Positions 10,548 through 21,150 of a DNA stretch of 64,000 nt are shown piece by piece; within the stretch, counting starts at the first letter, position 1, and each line of letters starts with the position of its first letter. The notes under the pieces were generated by a model. That model saw nothing but the letters and a program-made list of their open reading frames with translations, ran no database searches and had not been told where the DNA came from. The position numbers and the translations under genes were made by a program. This DNA is from Ramazzottius varieornatus. Its lineage: Eukaryota; Animalia; Tardigrada. The stretch is from assembly GCA_001949185.1 (NCBI GenBank), contig BDGG01000001.1, forward strand, positions 3,799,324-3,863,323, given 5' to 3'.

Positions 10548-13500
10548 TCAGATCCGTTCGGTCGTAGTATCCTCGATGACCACTGATCGACCACGACGAC
10601 GAGTCAGGATATGCTTGGTCAAGCTGCGCATCGGTGCTTCCACCAGGATGTAGATGACGAAGCCGGCAATGAGGCACATGGCTAGATTTCCCAAGAAGAG
10701 AATCCACTGAAAGAAAGCAACAAGTTAGTAAAACTGAGAAGCCACATAAAATTAGGACTTGAAAAAATCAACAGGATTCTTTCCAAGTGGCGCAGGCTTT
10801 CAGTCACTAACTAAAGGGAATTTACCGCGTTATAGTGGCTGAAATGAATCGTGCTTTCTCGGCTCAGGTAATAGGCGGAAATGACGATGGGGCTGACCAG
10901 GAAGACGCTGTAGGACATGGTGCTGATGGGGATCCAAGCCGACCATCCCAAGACGTGTTCCACCACCTTGACCGAGGACGTGATGCACGAGTAGAAGATC
11001 CACGCCAGCGAAGCTGCCCACACCACGTGCGAGAGGCTGTTGAAGGCAGCAGCAGCATCCACCGACAGCGGATATCCGTTGAAGCCGGGAAGCAGACCGA
11101 AAACAACTAGTCCCATGCCAGTCAATGCCAGAGCCCAGCCAGCACCGAGAGCCAGAGAACTAACACGGCGGACGTTGGGCGGGTCTTTGAGGAAGTGAGC
11201 TGCGGCGATACCGATAAAGTAGGGAGCTGCGCGGGTGTAGGTGGTGATGAGGTGTGAAGTGAAGAAACGCAGCGTCAGCTCTTGGTCCATCGTCCTGTAT
11301 TAAAGAAGAAACTCGTCATTTCATACACACGAAGCAGACCAAATGAATTCAGAAAGAAAGGCTCAGAAAGCCAACTCGACCAGATCATTCGCACGTTTTC
11401 AATGATAATGACTCGAAACGTGCGCCACTTGGAACAACGTTCTGGTCAAGTCTGTTTGCAGAGCTCCGAAACTGGGAACAGAATCAACAGGAAAATTTAA
11501 ATTAGAATTGTGAAAATATGAAAATAGAGCCTTCGAAACTGCTTACGTGAGCGCTGTAATGTCAGACGATCCACTGGAGTTCCCGAAGCCAAATCCCATC
11601 AAGCTTGGTGGCAGCTCCTTGAGCTTGGAGATGACACCGGCAGCTACCACAGCTATGAGAACACCAGCGCCGCACAAGGCAAGTCCAATGCGCCAGAACC
11701 TGCAAAGAAGAAAACCCATTAGTCGTAAAGTACCACCGCCACCAACAGAAGTACCAACACAAATTCTGACATACATAATCTTTTGTCGGAAGTCGGAGAC
11801 CACAACACAGCACACAGACAAAGTCGGTTCAAAGTGAACAGTACCCACGCTCGCACAGAAGCCAGACAAGACAACTTACGTGAACAAGGCCAGCACGACG
11901 AAGGGCGCTACCACGAAGAGCTGGAAGTCGATGGCGATGTACCAGGTCCACGGCATACACTGGAGAACGAAGAGAGGTGTTACCACTAGAGTTCTCAAAA
12001 CTTGATATGGAACATTTGGTCCTTCCTCGAAGGCTTTCTGAATGGAATGTGTAATGCGCCACTAAACTTACCATGCGTTCGGGCTGGACAAGGTTGTTAA
12101 TGTAGAAGGCGTTGGTCCAAGCCAGGTTCGAGCAGTTGCCCAACAAAACTTCATCCTGAGGCCAAAGTGGTCCAGTGGTGATATGCTTGGTCAAGGTGGC
12201 GTAGATCCCCAAGACGACCATGTAGGCCGGGAACAGACGGAAGTAACGACTGACGTAGAGACGGACCAACCGGAACCCGCTGAAACCACCGGTCGCCAGA
12301 CCATTCAAGAAGTGGTACGCGGTCAAGAATCCACTGCAATAAATCAATCAAGGTAAAACCGAGTTCCAATACTTCAATATTCCATCTGGATTTAGAATTT
12401 TACACCCATGAACGCTCTAGGCTGAAATTTCTCAGAGTCATAGTTTTATCCGACAGCAAACAGGGAGGAATACGGAACGTCATACCTGATGAAAAGGAAC
12501 GTGTCGATGGTGAAAACCGACTGAATGATAATCTGCGAAAAGGACTGCTTCATGAAGTCGGGGATGATGGCCAGGTTATCTGCAAGGAGAGAAGAGTTGA
12601 AACCGATAGTTGACACAGACTTAGGACAAGTAGCGTACCGTACCGTAAAGAGGGATGCCCATTCCGTAGGTCTGGCCAAGGATGATCCAGAACATGGACA
12701 GGACGCGAATGCCATGCAGCCACGGCAGTTCGTTCATGACACGGTGTGTTCGGAACATGCGCTTGGTGTGCAGTAGGACCGAGAAGCACAGGAGGATCCT
12801 TCCGAAGAGTCCACGGCCGTTCGTCACTTCCAGTTCGGGCTCCGAAGCGATGACTGCTTCAGGAGGAAGAAGTGTCGTGTACTTGCTGGTGGTAGTCAGC
12901 GAACTCTCAACCAGGAAGCCGTCGTTCTGCCCGAAGACGCCGTTGGTGAGCACGTCATAGGTCGTTCCGGCGAAGACGAGAGCAGCCAAGACTACCATGA
13001 CCACGATGACAATGATGGCACCAGCAGACCGAGGAATCTCCCTCTGTGGGCAGTGAACGTCCAGGACCGACACGTTGGGCATATAGACTATCACTTCCGG
13101 GTACTTGCCTTTGACGATGTCCAAACCTGAAATCAACAGATCAAAGCCCTATCAGACTTTTCGAGTAAAAAATAACAGCGTTTTTCTCGAAATGCGATGA
13201 GAGAGACATCAGCAACATGCGGAGGATTATTTGAGGCGAATGTATTTCGGCGATAATACAGAATCAAATCGAACAGTTCCACAGACATCAAGGAAGTGGT
13301 GAATTCTGCAAATTGGTCGCTTACCGAAGTCGACGAGGTTGTGCACGTCCTCGATAGAGCAGGCGCCGGGAACGCAGATTCCAGCTCGTAAGGCTTTCTC
13401 GATAGGTGGGAACAGCGATGACTATAAACGATCATAGTAAATTCAAACTATAAGATAAAATTCAATCAAATCGATAGAGTTTATGCGAGTTGATTTGCAT

Positions 13501-14097
13501 ACAAGGAAGCGACGAAATCGATCGGAAAAATACTCACCTTCTCCCTCATGACAGGCTCATCCACCCCCACGGTGACGAGGCAGTACTGTCCCATGAAGTC
13601 CTTCCGGTAGGTGGTCGCATCCTGATACGTAGTCGTCAGGTTCATGCATTCATGGAATCCTCCAAACCAAGCGATGTTCCCTTCCATGATGGAGCTTGGT
13701 GGCTTCGCTTGGGCATCCAGAACTGCAAAGCGAAGGGAAAAGAGTAAGAGGAAGTACGACAGGATGAATAGATTAATCATTTCCGCTTACATCGAATCAC
13801 CCATTCTGGAGGTGGATGCGAAGGGTTGATCTGCCCGACTACCACGAAGATCTGCTCCAGACAGGGTTGCGAAACGTTAGGGAAGGAAGGTGCTGCGGAA
13901 GACTGGAGCGTTTCTGTCCCGCTGGCCGTGCCGGAAAGGAGGTGGGTCAGGAGAGCGGTGATGGAAGTCCCGAGGTGACGGTAGGTGCGCAGAGCGTGGT
14001 AGTAGTTGCCGACTTGGCCTTCAGGATGAGGAACATGCTCATGAGCCCCACTTACCGCTATCCCGACGAGGAAAGGGAGCCATATCGCGGGATGCAT
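10548..14097 (-). CDS. nrf-6: Nose-resistant-to-fluoxetine-6-like protein (NRF domain plus Acyltransferase-3), about 10 exons
   Basis: Signal peptide MHPAIWLPFLVGIAVSG; DAQAKPPSSIMEGNIAWFGGFHEC...GQYC; GICVPGACS (exon 13325-13421); LHGIRVLSMFWIILG; IDTFLFI; RYFRLFPAY; WTNAFYINN; YTRAAPYFIG; PISTMSYSVFLV. The last exon ends YILVEAPMRSL...TERI* (TGA 10548-10550). Confidence 0.92.
11361..11464. repeat. Intronic fold-back element copy (nrf-6 intron; left arm partly deleted)
   Basis: gctcagaaagccaactcgaccagatc...cgcacgtttt / aaacgtgcgccacttggaacaacgttctggtcaagtctgtttgcagagc. A half copy sits at 10771-10810 in the neighbouring intron. Confidence 0.7.
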
Positions 14098-14788
14098 CCT
14101 TGGTCCTCCTTGTTGCAGCTTGGTCAAGAAGGGGAGGAAAGAGTTCAGGAAATGGACAGCTGGATAAATGAAGTCACCACCGCATCGTCCACTGCCAAAA
14201 TGAGGAAGTGAGCTGTCGCAGACGAGGAAACTCCGCTCTGACTCCGCGGTATACAAGCTTCTTCGCACCCTTCTCTGCAGCAGCTGATGAACCAGTTTCA
14301 AAGGATATTGAACTCTCTTTTGAACGATAAGAATCCGATCATCAGAGCGGAAAATTCTGTACGTGTACGTACAAAATTGCAGTGAAATTTTTTTCAGAAT
14401 TTCGCTGTAGCTTGCATGAGAAGCTAATCAACAATCAAGCGAAAAAATGATGTTGTGGGAATGGGGCTTCTCGTTCAGTCCCAAGTGGACCCTCGGGGAC
14501 GGGGGGGGGTGAACTTGAGACCATTCCGGTCACTACCGATTCTGGACCGGCAGCCATTCTCCTGGACACTGTCCGGACGACCTCGCGGTGGGAAAAACGC
14601 GCGCGAATGGTTGCTGCTTTTCTTTTGTTCTTCCAGTGTTTCAAAACAACATTTACGAAACCAATACAAGCGGAGCAGTGCACGATACAATGTCATGTAC
14701 CTTTTGTCAGCAGCTTTCGGTGAGAACTGTTTAACAACATTTATTCTCAAATTGTTTTCGTTACGATCGTGATGTCGTGGATTGTCAC

Positions 14789-15034
14789 TTATCTAGTGGA
14801 ACAGTTGAGATCTGAAGTTTCTTCGCGCCGAGTCCCGTCTGCCAGTTTCGTGGTGCACTGTGTGCAATACATTGCTCCCCTCATGAAAGTACGACACTTG
14901 CGTCCACTTCCGCTGTCGCCATTCGGGCTATCAAAGCGTTCCGGAAGTCGTGAATCGGTCTTCCGGAATGCGGTCGATGTTGCCAGAGCGTTCATCAAGA
15001 TGAGTACAACCACGCAGAACAGCGACAACCGCAT
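14789..15034 (-). CDS. Small secreted 4-Cys peptide, paralog 1 (81 aa, intronless)
   Basis: Signal MRLSLFCVVVLILMNALA; C-terminal CRTFMRGAMYCTQCTTKLADGTRREETSDLNCSTR*. Clear similarity to the adjacent paralog 2. Confidence 0.8.
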   Translation of the reverse strand: MRLSLFCVVVLILMNALATSTAFRKTDSRLPERFDSPNGDSGSGRKCRTFMRGAMYCTQCTTKLADGTRREETSDLNCSTR

Positions 15035-15295
15035 GACGTAGTTTCGGGGAACCTCGAGCTCTGAGTACGTAGCAGTTTTGAACAGGAACGCGTCTTTCAT
15101 GCCAATCTAGTTACAGTAGTGCAAGTGCACCCACTGTACTTTATGAAAACAGAGTGCGAAAAGATTCACAAAAAGTTCCTGGGTAACAACGCTGATAAAA
15201 AATTTGATGATTTCCGTTTTCATGCTTGGGTCGAATGTCTAGTAATCACTCATAAATACAGAGTATATCTTTCCAGACAGATGATCCGAACTCAG

Positions 15296-15619
15296 CTAGG
15301 TCGAGCATTTGGTTTCCTTGCGCCAGGTTCCATCCGAGGACTTCGTAGTGCATTCTTCACACTGCATGTCCTCTTTGGTGAAATTTCGGCAAACCTTCCC
15401 ACGGTCATCCATGTCACCGGAAAGGCTGTCCTGGTGTTGCAAGCCAACCTTCCGAGGGGCGGGAGCTAGAAAACAACCACTATCTTATGCAGGGTGCTCT
15501 ACAGGGAGTCCACAGCTCTTATCAAGTACGTTATCAAGTACTGCCTTATCAAATACGCACTGACCTCCGAAGGCAACCGCCAGGACAAGGAAGAGGACAC
15601 AGAGGAATAGGAAACGCAT
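15296..15619 (-). CDS. Small secreted 4-Cys peptide, paralog 2 (74 aa; exons 15565-15619 and 15296-15465)
   Basis: Signal exon MRFLFLCVLFLVLAVAFG, phase-1 intron gtcagt...ttttctag, then APAPRKVGLQHQDSLSGDMDDRGKVCRNFTKEDMQCEECTTKSSDGTWRKETKCST*. Confidence 0.82.
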
Positions 15620-16195
15620 GTTGCAGTAGCTCTTCGCGAATATACGGTTTGAGCTCTCGAACTTTGTGGTGGATACAGCCTTTTTCTCTGAAGAAACTTT
15701 TCTTGTGATGGTGTGCATTTGCGCTTTCTCAGCGGCAACAAGTAAACGAGCAAAAGACTCGTTACTTCTGGTCAGATCATGATCGGCTCAAATGTTAGAG
15801 ATCAGACGATAAAGTTCCTGAAGACGACATTTCCTCAAATATCGTGCTGACGGCCTGGAACTAATTGGTCTATTCAGGGAAAACCCGGTTATGTTCTAGC
15901 TAGTGGGCATGTAGTATGGCGAGTCAACGAGGTGCGTGCTCTGTGTCCCAGAAGAACTTTGACAAAAGACAAGGTCTTCCGTGACCTTTGCCCTTTGGTT
16001 CTTGGAAGAAAAGATCTGCTTCTGTATGATAAAGTGAGGCTCAGCCAGAAGTTTATGTTGTTTTGTACAAACTTAGGCATGATTATTTACTACTCTGTTT
16101 TCTTCTGCAAAGACGTTTTCAGACTCCATCAGCGGTTTGTAGACTGAGCTACGGTCTGCGTCTTCAAAGACAATCTTACATATACAGAAGTCGAA

Positions 16196-16729
16196 ATGCA
16201 TCGCGGGATATTAATTGCTACTCTGGTCGTGTGCCTCACCTGGGTCGCCGTTGCTTCCGAGCTAGGTAGGTCCCATAAACGTAAAACAAATTCCGTGAAA
16301 TCGCTATATATGTAGAACTATCTTTTCTGTGGTTTGTCTGATGGAATTATCGTATACATAGTAGTGGACGTCCATGGTATTCGAAATGTAAGTGATAACC
16401 GCGGTTTCTTCCGTATAGCTCCGAGACGTCATGGGTCCGGAGCTTCCAACCAAGGAAGGGACTACGGAGCCAGCGATGATATGTACCAGCGCCGGATGGG
16501 TTCGAGATATTCGGGTGATAACAGCGTTAGTCGATCTTACCAAGACTTGGAAGATGCCAACCAGGATTCGGTCATCACCGCTACCAACGCACCCATGGGA
16601 AAAGACGGTTGTCGAAGCTACAAGAACGACCTTGGAATGAGCTGCCGAGAATGCGTGAAAACGGGCAAAGGAAAAAATGGAGAGGTAGAAAGACAGAACG
16701 AATGCGTTGGCGAAAGACAAGTCATTTAG
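16196..16729 (+). CDS. Small secreted 4-Cys peptide, paralog 3 (126 aa; exons 16196-16265 and 16419-16729)
   Basis: Signal exon MHRGILIATLVVCLTWVAVASEL, phase-1 intron gtagg...gtatag, then APRRHG...GCRSYKNDLGMSCRECVKTGKGKNGEVERQNECVGERQVI*. Confidence 0.78.
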
Positions 16730-17424
16730 TGTTGCGCTCGAATGATATCCTAATTTGTGTGTAAGTCTTCCACAGTTGCCCATATCCGAAATGAAAATCT
16801 CTTCTGCTTCTTGAGAGTTCGAAGCCTATGATAGCTCTTTGAACTGAACTGTCCAGTGTATCAAAGCGCATGAGTTCGAACAACTCCCATGTAATACAGC
16901 ACAAGAACCTTACGGGAACACTATTTCATAATACCATGTAGGGAAATCGTTTACACGGAAGCGGTAACGTACGCTGTTACATTAGTTCAGGGTCGCGAAA
17001 AACACAATCGAAATTGGTTCCCCATCTACGGTTAGCAGACAACACGGTACTGGCGCGATCGAAAGCGTAACTATAGGGAGAGCGAAACATACGAGTAGCC
17101 CGAAAATCAGGGAATAAATTCCAACTTTTACGAACACTTGATCACAGACAGCCCGTTCACGCCAACTTGCTGCCACCTGCAACTTCGACGTATAAAAAAT
17201 AGAGAAGGCTTCTGTTCCTTTCTTGCCTATACACTATCATACAACTTTTCAAGCAGCTTCTAGTGAGCTATGGTTGGATAACATAAGTTGAGAGATGGTT
17301 CCGAAAAACAGGTTAATACGACTTCCGGTGGGGAAGACTAATCATCACGAACAAAAATTGCTCTCTGGAATTCCAGGCGTGAGTAAAAACCTCAATTCGA
17401 TTTCAACAAGCGAACAGATACTTA

Positions 17425-19743
17425 CGAGGGGATTATGCCTGTCCCCACCTCTTTTTGGTCAAACTGTCCTGGCGGAACGAGAGAGGAGAGTCTCTTCTAG
17501 GATCTGAGCCACTGAGCTAAATCCCGCGTCGATCCTGGAACAAACTACAGGGACCTAGGAGTGACGTCAAAAGTAGGGCGGTATATAAGTAGAGTAATGA
17601 ACAATCAAGACTTGATTGTTCGACGGTTGATTCGGTTGTTGATTGAGCCTGTGCTTCCTGCTCATCAAGTTTTGTGCTGTTTTTCAACCTTCTCTCATTT
17701 GCTCATTCATTCCTGCGCTTCTCTGAAATGGAATCCATCAACTTGCTGAATGTTATCAAGCTGCTGGAATGGCACTACAAACTGCACTACCGTATCGACG
17801 ACTTTCTAAGCGAAGCTGACAGGCAGTTCAAGGACATAGTTAAAGGTAATCTTGCTGTGCACTGGAGCTCAAAAACAAAAAAGATACCAATTTGATTCGT
17901 AATGTTTCCTAGATTTCATCGACTCGAAGATCACCCAAAGTGTTACTCCTGTGTATGCCGTTGAAGAAGACCTCCAGTATGATCTGCAGATCCGCGTCGA
18001 GTCATTTGAAGATTAAGAAGCATCTGTTGTCCAGTGCAACCTGCTGAATGGCCGGAGTGAAGCTGACTTCGACGTTACGGAGCCTGATAGACTGCTTGAG
18101 CCTATTTCCAGCGGAACTGAACCTTCTTCCCATGAGCTATACATCCCACGACTTTCTAACCCCAAGCTTCCAGTGAATCAGTTAGTCAACTTGGAGTACA
18201 AGAAACGTGCGGTTACATACTGGAGAAACGCCGTGAAGAAGAAGCTTCTCATGTTGGCCACTGTTCAAAGAAGTTTTGGTAAAGTAACCTGCATACGGCA
18301 GCTGTACGACTGGGAAAAGCAAGTAGTGGAAGGCGGTTCCAGGCTGGACAAGTTGAAGGCTCTACGTTTGGATGTCGGTAAGCAGTTCTTCCTCGCTAAA
18401 AGGAAAAAGCAAGTGGTCAAGGATTTGGACTTACGTCGATGGGCTCTCACCGCGAACGAAACGGTGAACTTGGCCGATTTCACTACTTCCCCAGACTGGA
18501 TCGGAAAACTAAAACGGTACCAACACTTTTTTGTGCTTCGATTTCCTTCAAAAATGAAATTAATATTTTCTAGATATCATGGGATCGTTGACCGGAAAAT
18601 AACCAAGTTCGTCACCAAGAAATCCATACAAGAAGCGCCTCACGTCAAGGAAAGTGCTGAAGCCTGCGTTGCGCTTGTCAGATCAAGGATCGCAGAGTAC
18701 GGGTTGGACTGTCTGTGGAATGCGAATTTGAATATGAGATGAGACCAGGAAGAACTTTGGAAACTGAGTAAAACACGTGGAAGCGATCACCCAGTCGGAG
18801 AATTCCATGACACATAGCTACACTGTGATGATGGCGGTCTCCCCGGGCAGGTGTAAGTTTCTTCCTGATCTTTTCCTAACGCTGAAGGAAGGGAAAGGAG
18901 TGTTTGGTCCAATCGTGTCGAGAACGATGTTCAAGGCTGATAATCTATATGTCACTGCTTCGACATCCGGGAAGATGACCAAGCTCTACTTAGAGTGGTC
19001 AGAAAAAGTTCTTTTCCCTCATATGGAAGAGCGGTGCATTTTCTTGGCCGACTCGTGGAAGACCTTCACCGATCAAGATTCTGTGATTGAACTGAAACCG
19101 GAAGAGCTGGAGTACGAAATGCTGAATATCCCTTCTAAAGTTACCGGTCAAATTCAACCGCTGGATGTGTTATGCTTTAGGATGTACAAAGGCTGCTTCA
19201 AGAAGATATCCGACTTTGTCTTCTTGCACGATTTACCCGTTCAAGTGCATCATCGCGATGTTATCTTGAGATTGCACTCTTTGCCGTATCAACAGTTTCA
19301 GTCGCCCAGGTTCGAAAATTTGGTAGCTGAAGCTTGGCATAAGTCGGGATATACCGATGTAGTTTATGTTATGATAAGCTGAAAGGCAGTTATCTTCACG
19401 AGAACTGCAGAGACATTGTTCTTCTGGTTTGCGGGTGGTGCAAGGCCCGTCTTTGCTTCCATCACTTTTATGACGCTCATCATTTCTTTACTATCTATTT
19501 GCCGTGACAAGTTTTTTTCTGATGGGTTTCAGGGTTTGTTTGTTAGGTCTAATGTGGACTTACAAGACATCACGTTGTACGTTATTGGCATAAATTTCTG
19601 ACGTTACTTCCGAGTCCCTTTAGTTTGTTCCAGGATCGACGCGGGATTTAGCTCTGTGGCTCAGATCCTAGAAGAGACTCTCCTCCCCCCTTCCGCCAGG
19701 ACAGTTTGACCAAAAAGAGGTGGGGACAGGCATAATCCCCTCG
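17425..19743 (+). mobile_element. Tc5/pogo-like DNA transposon with ~140-bp TIRs and a TTA target duplication
   Basis: TIRs cgaggggattatgcctgtccccacc... (17425-~17570 and ~19597-19743). TTA on both sides (17422-17424, 19744-19746), in the context c-TTA-g. Encloses a DDE_1-type transposase. Confidence 0.92.
17728..19507 (+). pseudogene. Degenerate Tc5/CENP-B-HTH plus DDE_1 transposase
   Basis: HTH block (DLDLRRWAL...FTTSPDWIGKLKRY|HGIVDRKITKFV), THSYTV, STSGKMTK, FLADSW, TGQIQPLDV, C-terminal CGWC..LCFHHF..HH. Two small introns. Stops and frameshifts near 18014, 18740 and 19380. The first catalytic D region appears deleted. Confidence 0.88.
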
Positions 19744-20177
19744 TTAGGATGTTAAATAAAATTAGGTGAGACATTAAATCCGACGAACTCGACCGTTTCG
19801 CCGGTAAACCCCCTCCTCTATAAGAAATTCCAGCTCGTGACCTGAACGGCACATCGGTACTTTCGACCAATTTTCCTAAAGAACAGTCCGTGTTCTACCT
19901 ACTGTGAACCAAAAAACAGCAAAATTTCAAACCGAAATTGTAGAAAATTTTGAAAACAGCCACAAAAATTTTGGAAGTTGGTGCATTTTTCGCGTTTCCC
20001 GACCGCTACTTTAATGTCGATTGTAACTTCTGGTAAACGGATTCCGGGTCAGTAGGTTTTCCTGAGGAAGCCAATAAGATGCCGGATCGAGGAAAACCGG
20101 TTATGAAGTTGCGTGATTATTGCGTGGAGGACGGCTTGAATAAATAGGTGGTAGCAAGTTGGCGTGAACGGGCTGTA

Positions 20178-20846
20178 CACTGAGCCCCATAATTATCTGT
20201 CCACCCCCATTTTTGTCCAAAAATTCATAGATTATTTTGTACTAACCCGATTTTGATATTTTGAAAGTCTTTATAGACATCAGTGTTTGATCTTTACGAC
20301 TACGTGACTTCCGTATGACTCAATCAGCAAATCAACTGGCAGTATCATCCCTACGAACACCTATAACTGCCTTGTTTTCGGCTCCGAGTTGCGGGTGCTA
20401 GCCAGCAGATAGCACATCATGCTTGTTACTATTATGTAGCGGAAAAAGCTGTGTGTTCGTGTCAACCAGGAAGTATTCTCGGTTATTTTCGGTGGTGCAT
20501 ACTCACGACGCATTGTCTTCGACATCCTTGCTACCAAGTCACGTTCAAATGGTGACACGTTTCATAAAGATAATCAGACTCTGTACTGTGAGTCATTCGG
20601 TCAGTTGAAACGAAAGATATCGAAAGGTAACCATGAAGTAGCGCGTTTCATGCGGCAAAAGGTGCATTTAGGTATGTCAACGAAACTTTTTCCGCAGAGT
20701 TTCAAAATTCACGTGGTCACGTGGTCGTAAAGATCAAACACTGATGTCTATAAAGACTTTCAAGATATCAAAATCGGGTTAGTACAAAATAATCTATGAA
20801 TTTTTGAACAAAAATGGGGGTGGACAGATAATTATGGGGCTCAATG
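20178..20846. mobile_element. MITE/non-autonomous Tc1-mariner-type element, 669 bp, ~130-bp TIRs, TA duplication
   Basis: TA-cactgagccccataattatctgtccacc...gtgac (to ~20308) mirrors gtcacg...ggtggacagataattatggggctcaatg-TA (~20716-20848) with few mismatches. No coding capacity. Confidence 0.93.
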
Positions 20847-21150
20847 TACACGTGTACTGACGGTCAGCCAATTGTTGGCCGCAGTTCGTACGTAACCCTG
20901 GCTCTTATCCTAGCCAGCTCAGACCATAAACTTCAGTCTCAATGATCGGACACTCTAGAGAAGCGATCGCACCGTAGCTGATGATCTCACTGTATGCGAG
21001 CGAGGAGACTGGTTCAGTACCAGAAAAATAGAGAATTATGATGTTTCCAGAGCGTGCAAAACACAAAGAAAAGATGTAACTTTTTAATTCAATAAAACCA
21101 TAAACATCAGAAGACAAAACTGTTAGAATTTAAGTACTATGGTCAAACAT

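Larger units (their letters stand above)
17149..20175. mobile_element. Non-autonomous TIR element (about 700 bp without its insert) interrupted by the Tc5-like element
   Basis: 30-bp TIRs: cagcccgttcacgccaacttgctgccacct (17149-17178) and aggtggtagcaagttggcgtgaacgggctg (20146-20175), one mismatch. TA follows the right end; the left flank reads GA. Confidence 0.75.

Noticed and set aside
10522-10707. ORF-track 61-aa frame as the last nrf-6 exon
   Set aside because: Wrong frame. The spliced frame reads WILFLGNL...LVEAP... and stops at 10548.
14470-14565. Similarity to 1583-1625 (caggagaatgg, gtccccga) suggesting a shared repeat
   Set aside because: The matches are short and not collinear enough to support without an alignment.
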